NCBI GenBank assembly: GCA_951406725.2
Contig: OX597838.1
Span: forward strand, 45,074,001 to 45,138,000
Direction of reading: 5' to 3'
DNA length: 64,000 bases
Source: Octopus vulgaris
Taxonomy: Eukaryota
Below, one piece after another: positions 1 through 13,620 of the stretch (position 1 is its first letter; the number at the start of each line of letters is the position of its first letter). Under the pieces are notes generated by a model, which saw only the letters and a list, made by a program, of their open reading frames with translations, had not been told where the DNA came from and searched no databases. The translations under genes and the position numbers were made by a program.

Positions 1-1198
1 GTTTGTCTCTGACATTGTCTCTGACATTGTCTCTGTCATTTCAAAGCAGATTGCAGAGACCAACCATTGTGTTTCGACTTCAAATGGTATGTTTTTTATT
101 TGGACTTTCGTGACCCTTTTGTTTAAATAGACTGGTATCATTACCAAGTCGTCCGAATGTAGCTCCAATGTGGAAAAACGTTTTGCTAAACTTTCGTTGA
201 GGAAACGTACTTGGACTGTACCAAATTTGTTTCCCCAACTGATATATTCCTTGGAGTCCCAGGCAGGACGAAGGCATTTTTCGATTTTTTCCTGCGGTGC
301 ATTTTCTGTTCTTCTTGTTTTTTTGTTTATTACTTTATAAATTATTGTTTTTTTTTGTGTTTTCCACGATGTGTTGTGGAATGTGAAGGTGCAATTTGTC
401 TCCTTCTTTGGAGAAGAGTGCCTTTGTGCGGTTTATCTCTTGTGTGGTGAATGTTACAATTGTTCTTTTTTGTTTTGTTACGTCCGCAAAATTCGTTTTG
501 AATTTGGCAGTAGAAGTGTTGATTGTGGCAGGGGAAGTCATGGTAGTGGTGTTGGTGTTGGCGGTATTAGCAGCAGAAGGCTTGGATGTAGCATTTGACG
601 TCGTAGTAGTGGTGTTGGTGTTGGCGGTGTTGTCTTTGCTAGGCGGCTTTGTGCCAATTTCGTTGTTGTTGTTGTTGGTGGTGATGGTGGTGGTGCTGGC
701 ATTCATGTTTTCGTTTGTATTCATTTTTGAAATCCCTTTCTCTGTCCCTTTATCGTCAACAAGTGGTGTGGGGAGTGAGGGGAAATCTAAGTTAATGTCT
801 TTGGTCGCGGCGATGGTGAATGCGACGTTAGTTTTGTTGTTGTTGTTGGTGGTGGTGGTGATGGTGGTGACAGCGGTGTTCACGCTGCGATGTTTAGCAG
901 CTAGTCGTAGCAATAGTGTTTTGCTACCGTTCAGCATGACTGGCGGGCTAGCCACGTGGTTTCTAGTTGCCATTTTCAAAATGAAAAATGGATAAAAAAC
1001 CCACGAAAGTTTTGAAAGTTTTTTTGTAATTTCGCCCATACAGGGGCGGAATTCTACGTGAATAATTCTCAGGTTTTTTAGTGAATGAACTTGCACAACG
1101 ATTAAAATAAAATATTTGACAACAAGGAGTTTTAAACATGTAAAAGTGGCCAACTTACGTGGAGCCGATATGACTAGCGTCCGTCCATTGTGGGAGGA
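1..1198 (-). mobile_element. 5' end (5'UTR + frameshifted ORF1) of Tx1/L1-group non-LTR retrotransposon, copy 1; continues off the window to the left
   Basis: Closely homologous to 7650-8714 (MATRNHVAS.. vs MATGNHVAS..; shared 5'UTR ending GACTAGCGTCCGTCCAT). ATG at 973. The 5' end abuts (GATA)n at about 1200. Confidence 0.85.
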
Positions 1199-1232
1199 GA
1201 CAGATAGATAGATAGATAGATAGATAGAAAGA

Positions 1233-2670
1233 TAACTTTCTTTTATTAGCCACACAGGGCTGAATACAGAGGGGACAAATACAAATGCAGAGCTTTTCTT
1301 TTCGAGGGTGGAAAAAATAAAAAAAAATGTAAGATTGCGATCAAAAGGGATCGAGAGGAGGAAAAAAAGGAAAAAAAAAGGAAATCGTGTATCACAGAAA
1401 TAATGATGTAAACATTGATATAACAAGATTGGGTTCATCCGTGGGAAGAAAAGCCTACAGAAAAGACCACGGGAAACCCCAGTCAGGGAGAAAATAACCA
1501 CATGAGATCAAAAATGCTCTCTTTCTTTCTTTTTTACGATCTACAGGATCATGCTCAAAATGGTTTCGTTACTAGCACGCACCATCTTTGCAACATTCAC
1601 CCATCTTTTTTTGAATCTTTCGCGAGACAAAACTTCCCTCTCCATTCTCACCTTCCTTTTCAAGTGGTACTTGAAAAAGTTGATGAGCGATTGGCCAGAG
1701 AGGTAAGTGTTTGTCTCTAATCCTTTCGCTCGAGTCCACCACACACATTCTTTCACCATGGCCACCAGTATGATGAAAACTGCCTTGCCTTCCCGGTTGA
1801 GGGAAGGGGGGGAGCAATTCTCACGATAGACTCGGCCGATAGGCGGATTCGTCCCACACGTGACAGCAGCCGTTCGGCATAAGCCCACAGGTCGGAAATG
1901 GTTGGACATTGCACGAGTGCGTGCAGAACGGTTTCGTCGCTCTGACCGCATCTTGGGCAAGTCGGTCCAGTGTGTCTGGAACCGTGTCTGTAGAGCTTAT
2001 CCCGAACAGGTAATGCTTCTCGATAGCACTGCCAGGCCAGGGATCTTTGGTGATTGTTCATAGGTTCCGGCCCGAAAGTTGTCCTGAACAGGCGGGTCAG
2101 GTGTTCCTCGTCGACGCCCAGACTCTGCCCGAGTTCGTCGTCGCACCTCCCCTCCACTAATCCTCTATAGAATGCCTTTGTTGTGATGGAGTCGCACAAG
2201 TTCGATCCCGAACGGCAGAGTTGCTTGAGAGCAACGCGACACTCGCGGTGCCATTCGCCTAGCCTCGGTCTCTGCTTGATCCATGACTGTAGTTCGTCCA
2301 AGGAGACGAGCTGCGGGAAAGCGCGCCGCACAAAAGGCGACCACCCCTGTTCACCGTTGTCTATGAAGCGCCGGAGATGTCGCAGTCTCAGCGCATGTCT
2401 GCGCATCATCAACCACGGCATGCCCAGCCCTCCATTTAGCGGGTGTTGGCAGCAAATGGATCGCCTAACCATCGGAACGTTTCCCTTCCACAAGAAGCGG
2501 AAGAGTATGCGTTCCAGTTTGGTGATGGTAGGGTCGGGACAAGGCACGACGGTCAGACGATACTCGATGACGGATGCGATGTACGCGTTCGCCACCTCCG
2601 CCCGACCTTTTAGGGATAGCTTTCTCTCAGTCCATTTCTGGGTGAGAGTAGCCACCCTAGTCGTTATCTC
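1233..2670 (-). mobile_element. 5'-truncated Tx1-like LINE, copy 2 (C-terminal ORF2 + 3'UTR)
   Basis: ORF 1753-2655 has RKLSLKGRAEVAN..., GGLGMP and the C-terminal zinc motif CPRCGQSDETVLHALVQC. The 3'UTR ends GGCTAATAAAAG directly into (TATC)n. (GATA)n flanks both sides. Confidence 0.9.
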
Positions 2671-3047
<377 letters not shown>

Positions 3048-3339
3048 TGTTTCTTTATTAGCCACACTGGGCTGCACACAAACGGGACAGATTACAAAGT
3101 AGAGCTTTTCTTTTGGGGGAGAAGAAAAAAGTGGGGTAGATTTTCGATCAAAAGGAATCGTAAAAGGAAAAAAAAAACAATAGGGATCGTGTATCACAGA
3201 CATGTCATGATGTAAAGTGTGAACGGGGAAGAAGATAGGTTTATCCGTGGAAACGAAAGCCTACGGAAAATACCACGGTAACCTCGGTCAATAATGTCAC
3301 ACATTTGTTTGCAAGTAAGCAACCCTCTGTTTTAAATTA

Positions 3340-6300
3340 GGATTATGCTCAAGGTGGCTTCGTCATTCATACGTGCCATCCTTGCTACATTCACCCATCT
3401 TTTTTTAAAACATTCACTAGACAAAACTTGCCTCTCTACTCTCACTTTCCTTTTCAAGTGATACTTGAAGAAGTTGATGAGAGATTAACCAGAGAGGAAA
3501 GTGTTTGTCTCTAATCCTTTCAGATGCGTCCACCAGATACAATTTTTCGCCATAGCCACAAGAATGATGAAAATATCTCTTCCTTCCAGTTTGAAAGAAG
3601 AAGGCGTGAAAATATTGACGATATACTCGGTTGATAAACCGACTCGTCCCACACGTGGCAGCAGTCGTTCGATATAAGCCCACAGGTCGGAAATTGTCGG
3701 ACACTGCAGGAGTGCGAGCAGAACGGTTTCGACGCTCTGACCGCATCTCGAGCAGGTCGGCCCCGAGTTTCTCGAGCCATGTCTGTAGAGCTTATCCCGA
3801 ACGGATAGCGCTTCTCGGTAGCACTGCCAGGCCAGGGATCTCTGGAAGTTGTCCATGGGCCCTGGCCCGAAAGTCGTCCCGAACAGGCGGGTCAGGTACT
3901 CCTCGTCGACGTCCAGGTTCGCGCCGAGCTCGTCGTCGTACCTTCCCTCCACTAAATCCCTTATAGAATGCTTTGGTTGTGTTGAAGTCGCACAAGGTCG
4001 ACCCGGGACGGCAGAGTTGCTTGAAAGCAACGCGACACTCTCGGTGCCATTCACCCTTCCTCGGCCTCTTTTTGATCCACGACTGCAGTTCGGTCATGGA
4101 GACGAATTTCGGGAATGCGTGCCTCACAAACGGCGACCACACCTGTTCACCGTCGTCTACGTAGAGCCAGAGATGTCGCAGTCTCAGCGCGTGTCTGCGC
4201 ATCAACAACCACGGCATGTCCAGCCCTCCTTTTAACGGGTGTTGACAGCAAATGGATCGCCTGACCATTGGGTCGCATCCTTTCCACAAGAATCGAAATA
4301 AAATGCGTTCTAGTTTGATGATGGTAGGGTCGGGACAAGGCACGACGGTCAGGCGGTAGTTGATGATTCACGCGATGTACGTGCTCGCCACCTCCACTCG
4401 ACCTTTTAGGGACAGTTTCTTCTCAGCCTATTGCCGGGCGAGAGTGACCACCCTACTCGTTATCTCGTTCCAGTTCTTTTCCATTTGGAGGTCTGGACCA
4501 AACCAGACTCCGAGCAACTCGACCAGACCGTCGGTCCAGTGTCCCACGACGGAGGCGCTGGTGGATGGCATGGGCTTGCTTCTCCAGGGGCCGAGCCGCA
4601 AGCCCACTGACTTTTCCCGGATGATTTTCGCTCCTGTCACCGCTTCGTAGTCTTCCAGTGTCCTACCGACCAGCTCGATGTGCTCGTGGCTTGATGACGA
4701 TGACGTCGTCCGCGTATGCAGAAACGCTCGTCTCGCATCCCAATGTCGCGGGACACCCCTCAGAGTTGGCAGCTTCCGCAATAATGACTCGAGAGTCAAT
4801 ACGTATAGAAGCGCCGAGAGGGGGCATCCCTGACGGACCGAACGTGCAATGTCGAAATGTCTCCATAGATGTCCATTTACGCGAATTCCCGAACGGATAC
4901 CTCTGTACAAAGCGGCTATCCAGCGGCGGAAGACGGGACCGAAGCCAGCCGCGCTGAGGACAGCCTCCAAGTTTCGATGGTCTACCCTATCGAAAGCTTT
5001 CGATTGATCCAAATTGATCAGGGCCCCATCCGTGCCAGGTTCCTCAACTATTCTGTCTATGATGTAGCGCATCAGATGGAGGTTGTCATGGATGCTCCGG
5101 CCCGGCACGGCGCATGTTTGCGCCTTGTCGACAAGTTTCTCGATGACAAGCGCCAACTTCTTGACTAACACCTTGGCCAAAATTTTCAAGTCTGCATTAA
5201 GCAGAGTGATGGGCCTAAAGTTATCTATTACATTTCCCTTGTTTAGATCTTTCTTTAGCAGTGTTACGGCTCCTCGGCTCACAAAACCGGGGATGCTCCC
5301 GTTATGCTGCCAGTAGCAGTACACCGCTGCCAAGACGTCTGCTAACAAGTCTGGCATACAATTGTAAAACTCGTAGGGCAGACCATCCAAACCCGGCGAT
5401 TTGTCCCTCGAGCATTCTGCCATCGCGTCCCGCACATCCGCCGTCGTGAGGGCACCTTCGCAGCGCCCTGCCTCTCTTGTCGAGAGTCGTGGTAGCCTGC
5501 GTAGGTAGGCACTGAATTCCACCCTACGTTCTTGCCCGCCACTCGTCCCCAACAGTCGGGCAAAATGCTGCCGAGAGGCCTCACACATTTTACTTGGCTC
5601 GAGTAATTCGCGCCCCTGTTCAGCTACCAGAGACCGAATGGTGGCTTTGTTGCCCTGTTGCGCCTCTGCCACCCGGGCCTCTCGAGCGATTCCAACACCT
5701 TCGTTCTTTAGAGCACGCATCCTAACTGTGACAACACATCCTTCGTGTTTGACGTAGAAGTGTTGGTCGAGTGCCAACCTCGCCGCCAAAACGTCGGATG
5801 CGATGCCGCTTCTAATTGCCTCTTCTAGCTTCTTAACTAGCTCACCCTCCACTCTGTTTCTATCTATGGCTAGTGCTTTTCTGTACCTAATCGCTTCTGC
5901 TTTCATTGCTCTCTTGAAGGCAAACCACCACTTACTAGTGTGCTAATCCGGTCTCTGAAAACCTGTCTATGTGTCTTACCTAAGTCTAGCGTACATGTCA
6001 CAAGTTTGTGATCCGTGTAATTGACTATGTGGAATTGTGGACATCCTATGCTATCTCTATCTACTGTCCCACACAGTATCCTATCTAGATACGATCTCGA
6101 CGACCCGATGCGGTTGCTCCATGTCCACATTGGCGCATTCGGGTGGTCGAGTTGGTACCTGGCAGACAGTTGAAAACGTCTGAGCTGGTCTCTGAGGCAT
6201 TTGCATCCCCGTCTATTCCTATCTCTGCCCACGTCGTCTACATGCGTGTCCAAGGTAGCATTCCAATCCCCCATTAAGGGTAAAGGACGAGACGTTCCCA

Positions 6301-6665
6301 GGAATACTTCTCGGCGTTGAAAGAGATCTGCCCGGCCTGTTAAAGGCGGTGTGTAGACTGATACGAGTCGAAAAGCGCACCCATTGCTGCCGTCGACATC
6401 CTGGACGACCAGTCTACCCTCTGGGTCTACGAACATTGTCTTTATTTTGAGATCCAGACTCTTGCGAAGAATTACCGCGGTGCCACTACCGCCCATTCTC
6501 GGCAGACGGGGGAATAAATGTTAAACTGTCCGCCAAACATGGTCTTTAGGGCCCGCGGATTGTGGATTCTGGTCTCACTTATGGCTATGATTTCTAACTT
6601 GTGTGACTTTATGTAATTTAAGAGGACCCCAAGCCACGCGCATTTGCACAACCAAGCTTGATCAT
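3340..6665 (-). pseudogene. Disrupted ORF2 (APE endonuclease - reverse transcriptase - zinc finger)
   Basis: Start MIKLGCANARGL at 6665. APE motifs GDWNA, SYLDRIL, TDHK. RT motifs NFRPITLLNADLKILAK, DQSKAFDRVDH, SVRQGCPLS and frameshifted SAYADD. C-terminal CSRCGQSVETVL. Confidence 0.92.
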
Positions 6666-6712
6666 AATCCTAGTGAATTAGAATACAAGCGAAAGGAATA
6701 GAGGGTTACTTA

Positions 6713-8498
6713 CTAATCGAAAGTTTTTGCTTTCTCCTCCTTTGGTTTGTCCTCGAGGAGATACAAGTAAAGTTTCTTTGTGAGGTATTTTTGGCATTTA
6801 CTAACCGCACTGGAGAAAATGCCTTTTAGTGTGTGGTGCTGACTTCTGAAGGTATGTAGTATTTTGATGTGATCCGGTGGTGTTGTGTATGGATGATTGT
6901 TTGTTTTTATGTCATCTTCTGTTATGTTTGTTTTTGATTTGATGTATTCTACCAAATTTATATTTTTGGTGTCTATAGCTGTGAGCATGTTTGCTGTAAC
7001 ATTTTTGTGGTGTTGGTGTGGCTGTTGTTTGTGGTGGGTTTTGAAATATCTTCGGGAGATGTATATCATCCCGCTTTGTTTGTATTTGCATTTAATTTGG
7101 TTGTTTTTCTGCTCTTTTTTTCCTTCCTTTACTGGCTTTTTGCCATTCCTCACTGGTTTCGTCTTCCGAGGAAATTTCTGAGGAATCAGAAAAGGGTAGA
7201 GGTATGTTGTAGGCTTCTATGGATGTCTGTGTAAGTGGTTTTGTTGTTGTTTTCGTTGCTGTTGGTTGTTGAGTGTTTGTGTGTGGTGTGTGCGGTATAG
7301 GGGATGGGGGTTCAGTTTTTTATATATTTTTATATATTTTTTTGTTTTTCTGTTCCTTTAGTTCTTGCTGTTGTTGGTGGTGTTGGTATTTTCTCAGGTA
7401 GTTTCTGAGATGTTGTATTATTTTTGATCGTTAATGGATTTGCTTGGTGTGGATAGTAGTGCTTTTCTTTCTCGGTGTATTTTGGCTGTGGCAGTGGTTG
7501 TTGTTGTTGCTCTTGTTGTGGTTGGACACTTCTTTTTCAAATGTGTTTCGCTCCCGCACAGATAGCAACGTGATCGTCTGCCCATTACCACTACATAGAG
7601 TTTGTAGCCTAGTTTTTCTGTTCTAAAACAGTGATTTCAAGAATGTTTGTCATTCAGATGGCAGAGACTAACCATTGTATTTCTACTTCAGGTGTTACAT
7701 TTTTTATTGTGACTTTCGTCACCCTCTGGCCTAAGTAAGTTGGTATCAACACCAAGTATGCAGATCCAATGTGGAAAATCGTTTCGCTAGATTTTCATTG
7801 TGGAAACTTACTTGGACAGTACAAAATTTATGCCACCAACTAACGTATTCCTTTGTATCCCATACAGGGCGAAGATATTTTTCGATTTTTTGCTGCGGTG
7901 CGCTTTCTGGTCGTCTTGTCTTCTTGTTGACAACTTTGTATATCATTGTTATTTTTGTGTGTGTTTTCCACGATGTGTTGTGGAATGTGGCGACGCAAAT
8001 TATCTCCTTCCTTTGTGAGAAGTGCCATTGCGTTGTTTATTTCTTGTGCGGTGAATTTTACGATTGTTCGCTTTTGTTTTATCGCTTCAGCGAAGTTTGT
8101 TTTATTTTGGAGAGGAATTAGTTGTAGCAGTTGAAGTCGTGGTAGTAGTGCTGGTGTTGGCGATGCTGTCTTCGGTGGGCGGCTTTCTGCTGATTTCGTT
8201 ATCGTTGTTGGTTGTGATGGTGGTGATACTGGCATTCATGTTTGCGTCTGTATTCGTTTGTTTTGAAACTTCTTTCATCGACAAGTGGTGTAGGGAGTGG
8301 GGGAAAATTTAAGTTAATATCTTTGGTGGCGGCGATGGGGAATGGTCTTGCGACGTATGTTTTGTTGTTGTTGGTGGTGATGGTGGTGACAGCGGTGTTC
8401 AAGCTGCGAGGCTTAGCAGCTAATGGCAGCGGTAGCGCTTCGCTACCGTTCCGCATGACTGGCGCGCTAGCCACGTGGTTTCCAGTCGCCATTTTCAA
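6713..8498 (-). pseudogene. Disrupted ORF1 (gag-like) with CX2CX4HX4C zinc knuckle
   Basis: The minus strand at about 7524-7567 reads C-Y-L-C-GSET-H-LKKE-C. Thr/Asn-rich N-terminus shared with copy 1. Several frameshifts. Confidence 0.85.
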
Positions 8499-8714
8499 AA
8501 TGAAAAATGGATAAAATAATAAACCACGAAAGTTTTGAAACTTTTGGTAATTTCGGTCATACAGAGGCGGAATTCTACGTGAATAATTCTCAGTTTTTTT
8601 AGTGAATTAACTTGCACAACGTTTAAAAACAAAATATTTTACAACAATGAGTTTTAAACATGTAAAAGTGGCCAACTTACGTGGAGCCCATTTGACTAGC
8701 GTCCGTCCATGCCG

Positions 8715-8801
<87 letters not shown>

Positions 8802-8824
8802 CAGGCAAACAGACAGACAGACAT

Positions 8825-8873
<49 letters not shown>

Positions 8874-8875
8874 CA
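8715..8875. repeat. (GATA)n microsatellite at the 5' junction of copy 3
   Basis: Direct reading. Confidence 0.98.
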
Positions 8876-9685
8876 TATATATGTACACACACACAGGAGT
8901 GACAAAGTAAAAGATCCCTAGGAACGCCAGCTGTATAAAAACCTAATACTAAATTCGTAAAGTGGCGATGTGGGCGATAGTAGACTAATGTAGCGATCCA
9001 ATAAAGTTCATTTAAAATTACAAAGATTTTCCAAATGAGTCCTGGAGAAAAGTCACAAGGAAGCAACACCCTAGTTATACAGAGAGAGAGAGAGGAAGAT
9101 AGAGAAGAAGGAGCGATAAAGAAAGAGAAAAAGAGAGTGAGGGTATTTTTTTCATATTTTATCATGTTTCTGCTTCTACTGCGATAGTAATTTCCATCTG
9201 TTTATTGTAAATATTTACTCATACTAGGAATGATCTCTTTATATTTCGGGTTTTTGATACAAGAGTTTTGCAGTGGTTGTGATTGAATACGAACTGTCCA
9301 TGTTCTGTTCTGCTGACTAATACTCAATCGAGTCGGTTAAGTGTAAGCCTTAAAGTGAAAACAAATAAATAAATACCGGATAATGTTCAAAGCAGAGGGA
9401 AATACTGCTTATATAAAAAATATATTAGGAAACAGTTTCTGCCATTAATCAGTAGGCTCCGACTTCACGTATGCATGGCAGGGTATTTCAGAAGATCGCT
9501 TTGCCAACATATGCTTTCGCTCGAGATAATAGAACAAGTGTTTCGTTCTATAATCTCAGGGACGACTAAGGCCCAGTTGCCCAGTCGGTGAATTTGCTAG
9601 ATAAGACATTGTATGGGAGCTCGTGGATACATTGATACGTACGTACTTATGTATGTATGTTTATATGTCTGTTTATATATATATT

Positions 9686-9722
<37 letters not shown>

Positions 9723-9823
9723 TTATGCATGTATGTACGTATATATATGTATATGCATATATATATGTGTGTGTGTGCATATATAGGCGCAGAACTCGTT
9801 GTGTGGTAAGTAGCTTGCTTACC

Positions 9824-11432
9824 CAGAATGCAACACTAGTTGGTCTGGACTGTTACAGTGAGCAGATGTGAGTTTCGGCTCCGCGAACAGAAAAAAAGAA
9901 CAAAGAAAAATTGTCAATCATGGCTCGCTATAACGAGCAAAATACTGGGTTCTCATCACCGTAACGGTGAATTGAGAATTCTTCTTGTGAATTCTAGTGG
10001 GCGTATCTCGTCAGAAAAATAAGAATAAGCCATTTGGATTACCTTTTTGGAGTATTATACAAAGGATTCCCTGTCTGTGCTATTTGTGAGGTTTTTCTTT
10101 TACTTTTCCCTTTTTCTATTTTTCTTTCCTTCTAAATTTTGGTTCATTCTTTTTATTACTTTAATTTCAGTTTCCTCCCCTTCTCTTTTATTTTGTTTTA
10201 TTTTTATTCGATTTAATTTTTTGGCAGACTGTCTGTTGAACTACTTTTGAACTGTTTTTTGACATGACAGAGAAGGAACTTAGAACGTACTTAGAACGTA
10301 TTCTAAAGTTCTTAATTTCATCACCATCTTCCCAAAACAAGTCATAAAAAATGAACTTGTCCTCTGTAAAATATATATCCCGTGGTGTCAAACATGCAAC
10401 CGTATGGTTGCTGTTTGACAACGGGGAAAAGGCTCGCCAGTTTGCGAGTCAGCCTTTAGAAGGCAAGGAAATTTTGTTTCTCCCGTCATATTGTGGAAGA
10501 AAATTAATACGAGCCTGGGTATGTGGGCTTCCCCCGGGCACCGAAGCGGATTGGAATGAAGATACCATCCGACGGGGACTGGGGGATGGCGGGATCTTAA
10601 ATGTAAATGTATTGCCGGCGGTCGATTGGGAAGAGTCAAAAGTCTCCGGACAAAGCGGAAGAGCTCCACTCTCCCGAAACCAGGAAGAAAAGAAAAAAAA
10701 GAAGGACGAAGAACGGGTCATCTCAGCGGGGAGATGATGTGCCGACTGCATGCCCCGAAGTTGTGCCACCCACGGTGGAAGAAACCGCCCCCACCCTTAA
10801 AGATGATCAATTAATTATCTTTTTCTACAAGGGCAGGGGGTGGAAAAATAGTAGAAGAGCATAAAGGAATAGTAGATATGCCCTTCATACGGGATCTCGA
10901 ATGGCCTCCGCAGATAGCTGTGGAGGTCATAAGGTTTCCTTTGTGGGAAAGGCTTAAAGGATTTGGGGAGGAGTGTCGCATATGGCCGGGTGGCCCTTAC
11001 ACGACTTACATGTCCTACTTGAGTGATTCATGGGAAATGGCGGGATACAGGAACTCAAGCGGCATTGAAGATAATGATGAATATATCGATGGATATATCG
11101 AAGAGTAGGAGGTGAAAGACCCTCGTTACAGAGTTTGAAACCTCACCTTATTGGACTATTTTGTAGTGGTTTATAACCTCAATTTTGTGTTTTAAGAAAG
11201 AAAAAAAATAGAGAAAATATGTTAAGAGGTTTTAGTGCCTCCTTCTTGTAAGAGGTTTGAAACCTTATATTGATTTAAAAAAAAAAAAGAAAGTATGTTT
11301 TCGAGAAAAATCCAATCGGTGGGTGTTGGGTTTCGTCTCTCATCTATTCATTATAATTCATTTTCATTCATTAATGTATTTGTCCAGCCCGCAAAGCTCT
11401 TTGTACTGTCTATATGACAAATTTATGAAATA
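9824..11432 (+). mobile_element. 1.6-kb non-autonomous Tx1-like element (degenerate ORF1 only) inserted into a SINE head
   Basis: 16-bp TSD AAGTAGCTTGCTTACC at 9808-9823 and 11433-11448. The peptide YISRGVKHATVWLLFDNGEKARQFAS resembles Tx1 ORF1 YVSWWHKFCTVQVSFHNENLAKRFST. The 3' end AAAGCTCTTTGTACTGTC...AATAAA resembles the Tx1 3'UTR. Confidence 0.75.
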
Positions 11433-11814
11433 AAGTAGCTTGCTTACCAACCGCATGGTTCCGAGTTGAGTCCCACTACGTAGCACCTTGGGCAAGTATC
11501 TTCTACTATAACCTCGGGCCGACCAAACCCTTGTGAGTGGAATTGGTAGACGGAAACTGAAAGAAGCCCGTCGTATATATATAATTGTGTGTGTGTATGT
11601 GTGTGTGTGTCTGTCTGTCTGTCCCTCCACCATCGCTTGACAACCGATGCTGGCATGTTTATGTCCCCGTTACTTGCGGTTCAGCAAAAGAGACCGATAG
11701 AATAAGTACTAGGCTAACAAAAAATAAGTCCTGGGGTCGATTTGTTCGACTAAAGGTGCTGCTCCAGCATGGCAGCAGTCAAATGACTGAAACAAGTAAA
11801 AAGAAGAGAAAAGA

Positions 11815-11815
<1 letters not shown>
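11433..11815 (+). mobile_element. tRNA-derived SINE family A (its first ~35 bp are at 9786-9823)
   Basis: Matches 31815-32220: B-box-like GGTTCCGAGTTGAGTCCC, internal TA/TG microsatellite, tail GGTGCTGCTCCAGCATGG..CAGTCAAATGACTGAAACAAG. Confidence 0.85.
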
Positions 11816-11862
<47 letters not shown>

Positions 11863-12914
11863 GTAAATATATACGTACACACACACACACATATATATAT
11901 ATATGTACTTATATACATATATACGTGTGGGGGGGCGTGTATACCCGTGTATTTGCATGCGTATGTGTGCATGATATATGTGTGTCTGTGTTTATGTTTG
12001 TGCTAACCACTACTGGACAACTGGTGCCGGTTTTTTTCCGTCCCCATAATATCAATGGTCCGACAAATGAGCCAAATAGAATAAGTACCAAACTTAAAAT
12101 GAAGAAATATACGGGTGCGGGAGCGATTTTTCTGACTAAACCCCTCATGGTGGTACTCCAATAGGGTCGCAGTCCAATGACTGAAACCGAAGTTTGGGTC
12201 CTTACCACGAAGCTATTGCAATACAAGTGTGTTTGAATCTGAACCGTCCGCTCTTTGCTTTGCTGACTCATATACCAACAGTTTTGGTGTAAAGTAAATC
12301 GTAATCTCGATAATCGGATAATGACTTTAGCATATGATCAATAATGTTTATAGTATGCATGCAAGACATAGACTATTTATAATTATTTGGCGCTATAATT
12401 ATATTAGTTCACGATTTATGTTTTTGATCTCATAAACGTTGAAAGGTAGAAAATATCGAATTTTAATCAATGACTTTTTTCTATTTAATACTTAGTGTTT
12501 TTGTTCTGTTTCTTTTTTTATAATTCTTTTTTTTTTTCTTTTTGGTTCTAAAGTGGATGAAAGCCCACCTTGATTTATTTCGATATTTTATGTCTGACTA
12601 TCATCTGATCTGATCTGATTGATTGATTGATAAATAGTGTGAGATTGATCATACCAATATATTATATTATTAAAACGACCAGATTTGATGGATTTGGAAT
12701 GAACGTTGTTTTGATTTATCGTTCTTCTTTTACTTGTTTCAGGCATTGGGTTGCAGCCAAGCTGGGACACCTACCTTCAAGGATTTATATCAAACACATC
12801 GGCCATAGTACTTATGTTTTTGTTTTCCATTTTAACTCAGGTACTTATGCCATCGGTTTCTTTTGCCGAACAGCTAAGTTGCGGGTATGTAAACAAACGA
12901 ACACTGGTTCTTAA

Positions 12915-13620
12915 GTGATGTAGAAGCTGTAGTGAGGTAGGAGACCATGTGTCTGAATGTCATCAAGATGATTGGCACGTATCTACGCTTGCTTTGTTCT
13001 TTCCTTATGAGATGGTGCGGTCTTGCTGGTAGACATTCGGCTTTTAGCAGTGTACCCTGTGTATGCAGGGCTTCCCAACTTTCTCCAAAATCTCTGTGTA
13101 GGCTGTCGTGCTGACTCTTTCTTAAGTCGTGTGAAAACAAGGGAGGAGGTACAACATTTGCGTCGTTGCTGATGGCTCCACAACAATCACAGTTGCTGGG
13201 AACTTGGTATACATGACCGCCAGAACCTCATTCGGGTCTCTGAATTGACCATCTATCGTTCCTTCACTTTACCGTTTGGTCTTGATTGAAGATCTCATCG
13301 AATAAAAACCAAGGCATCCCAATGGCTAGGTGTTTTAACTTGTTTAGCAAGAACCTCACACAGGTCGAGCGATTATCGGTTTCACATACAAAACTCGTAC
13401 ATAACTCTTGTGATGGTGCCTTTCGAAAACTTGAGGTCATTTGCAATGACTTTGAATGGATTTCATTGGCTTATTTCTTGGACTTGTTCTACAAAGTTAT
13501 GTGTTCAGATAGTATTAAAACAATGAATAAGCATGTTGCATTTAGCTACTAATGTTGGATCCGATGAGCAGCTTCTAACTGCTTTCGAATTTGATAACGA
13601 AGCAGTGGGTAACTTTCAGG
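12915..13620 (-). pseudogene. Highly degenerate RTE-like LINE ORF2 fragment
   Basis: Only remnant peptides resembling the RTE C-terminal region; many stops. Confidence 0.35.

Noticed and set aside
396-995. 199-aa hydrophobic plus-strand ORF resembling a membrane protein
   Set aside because: Antisense frame of the Thr/Asn-rich Tx1 ORF1.
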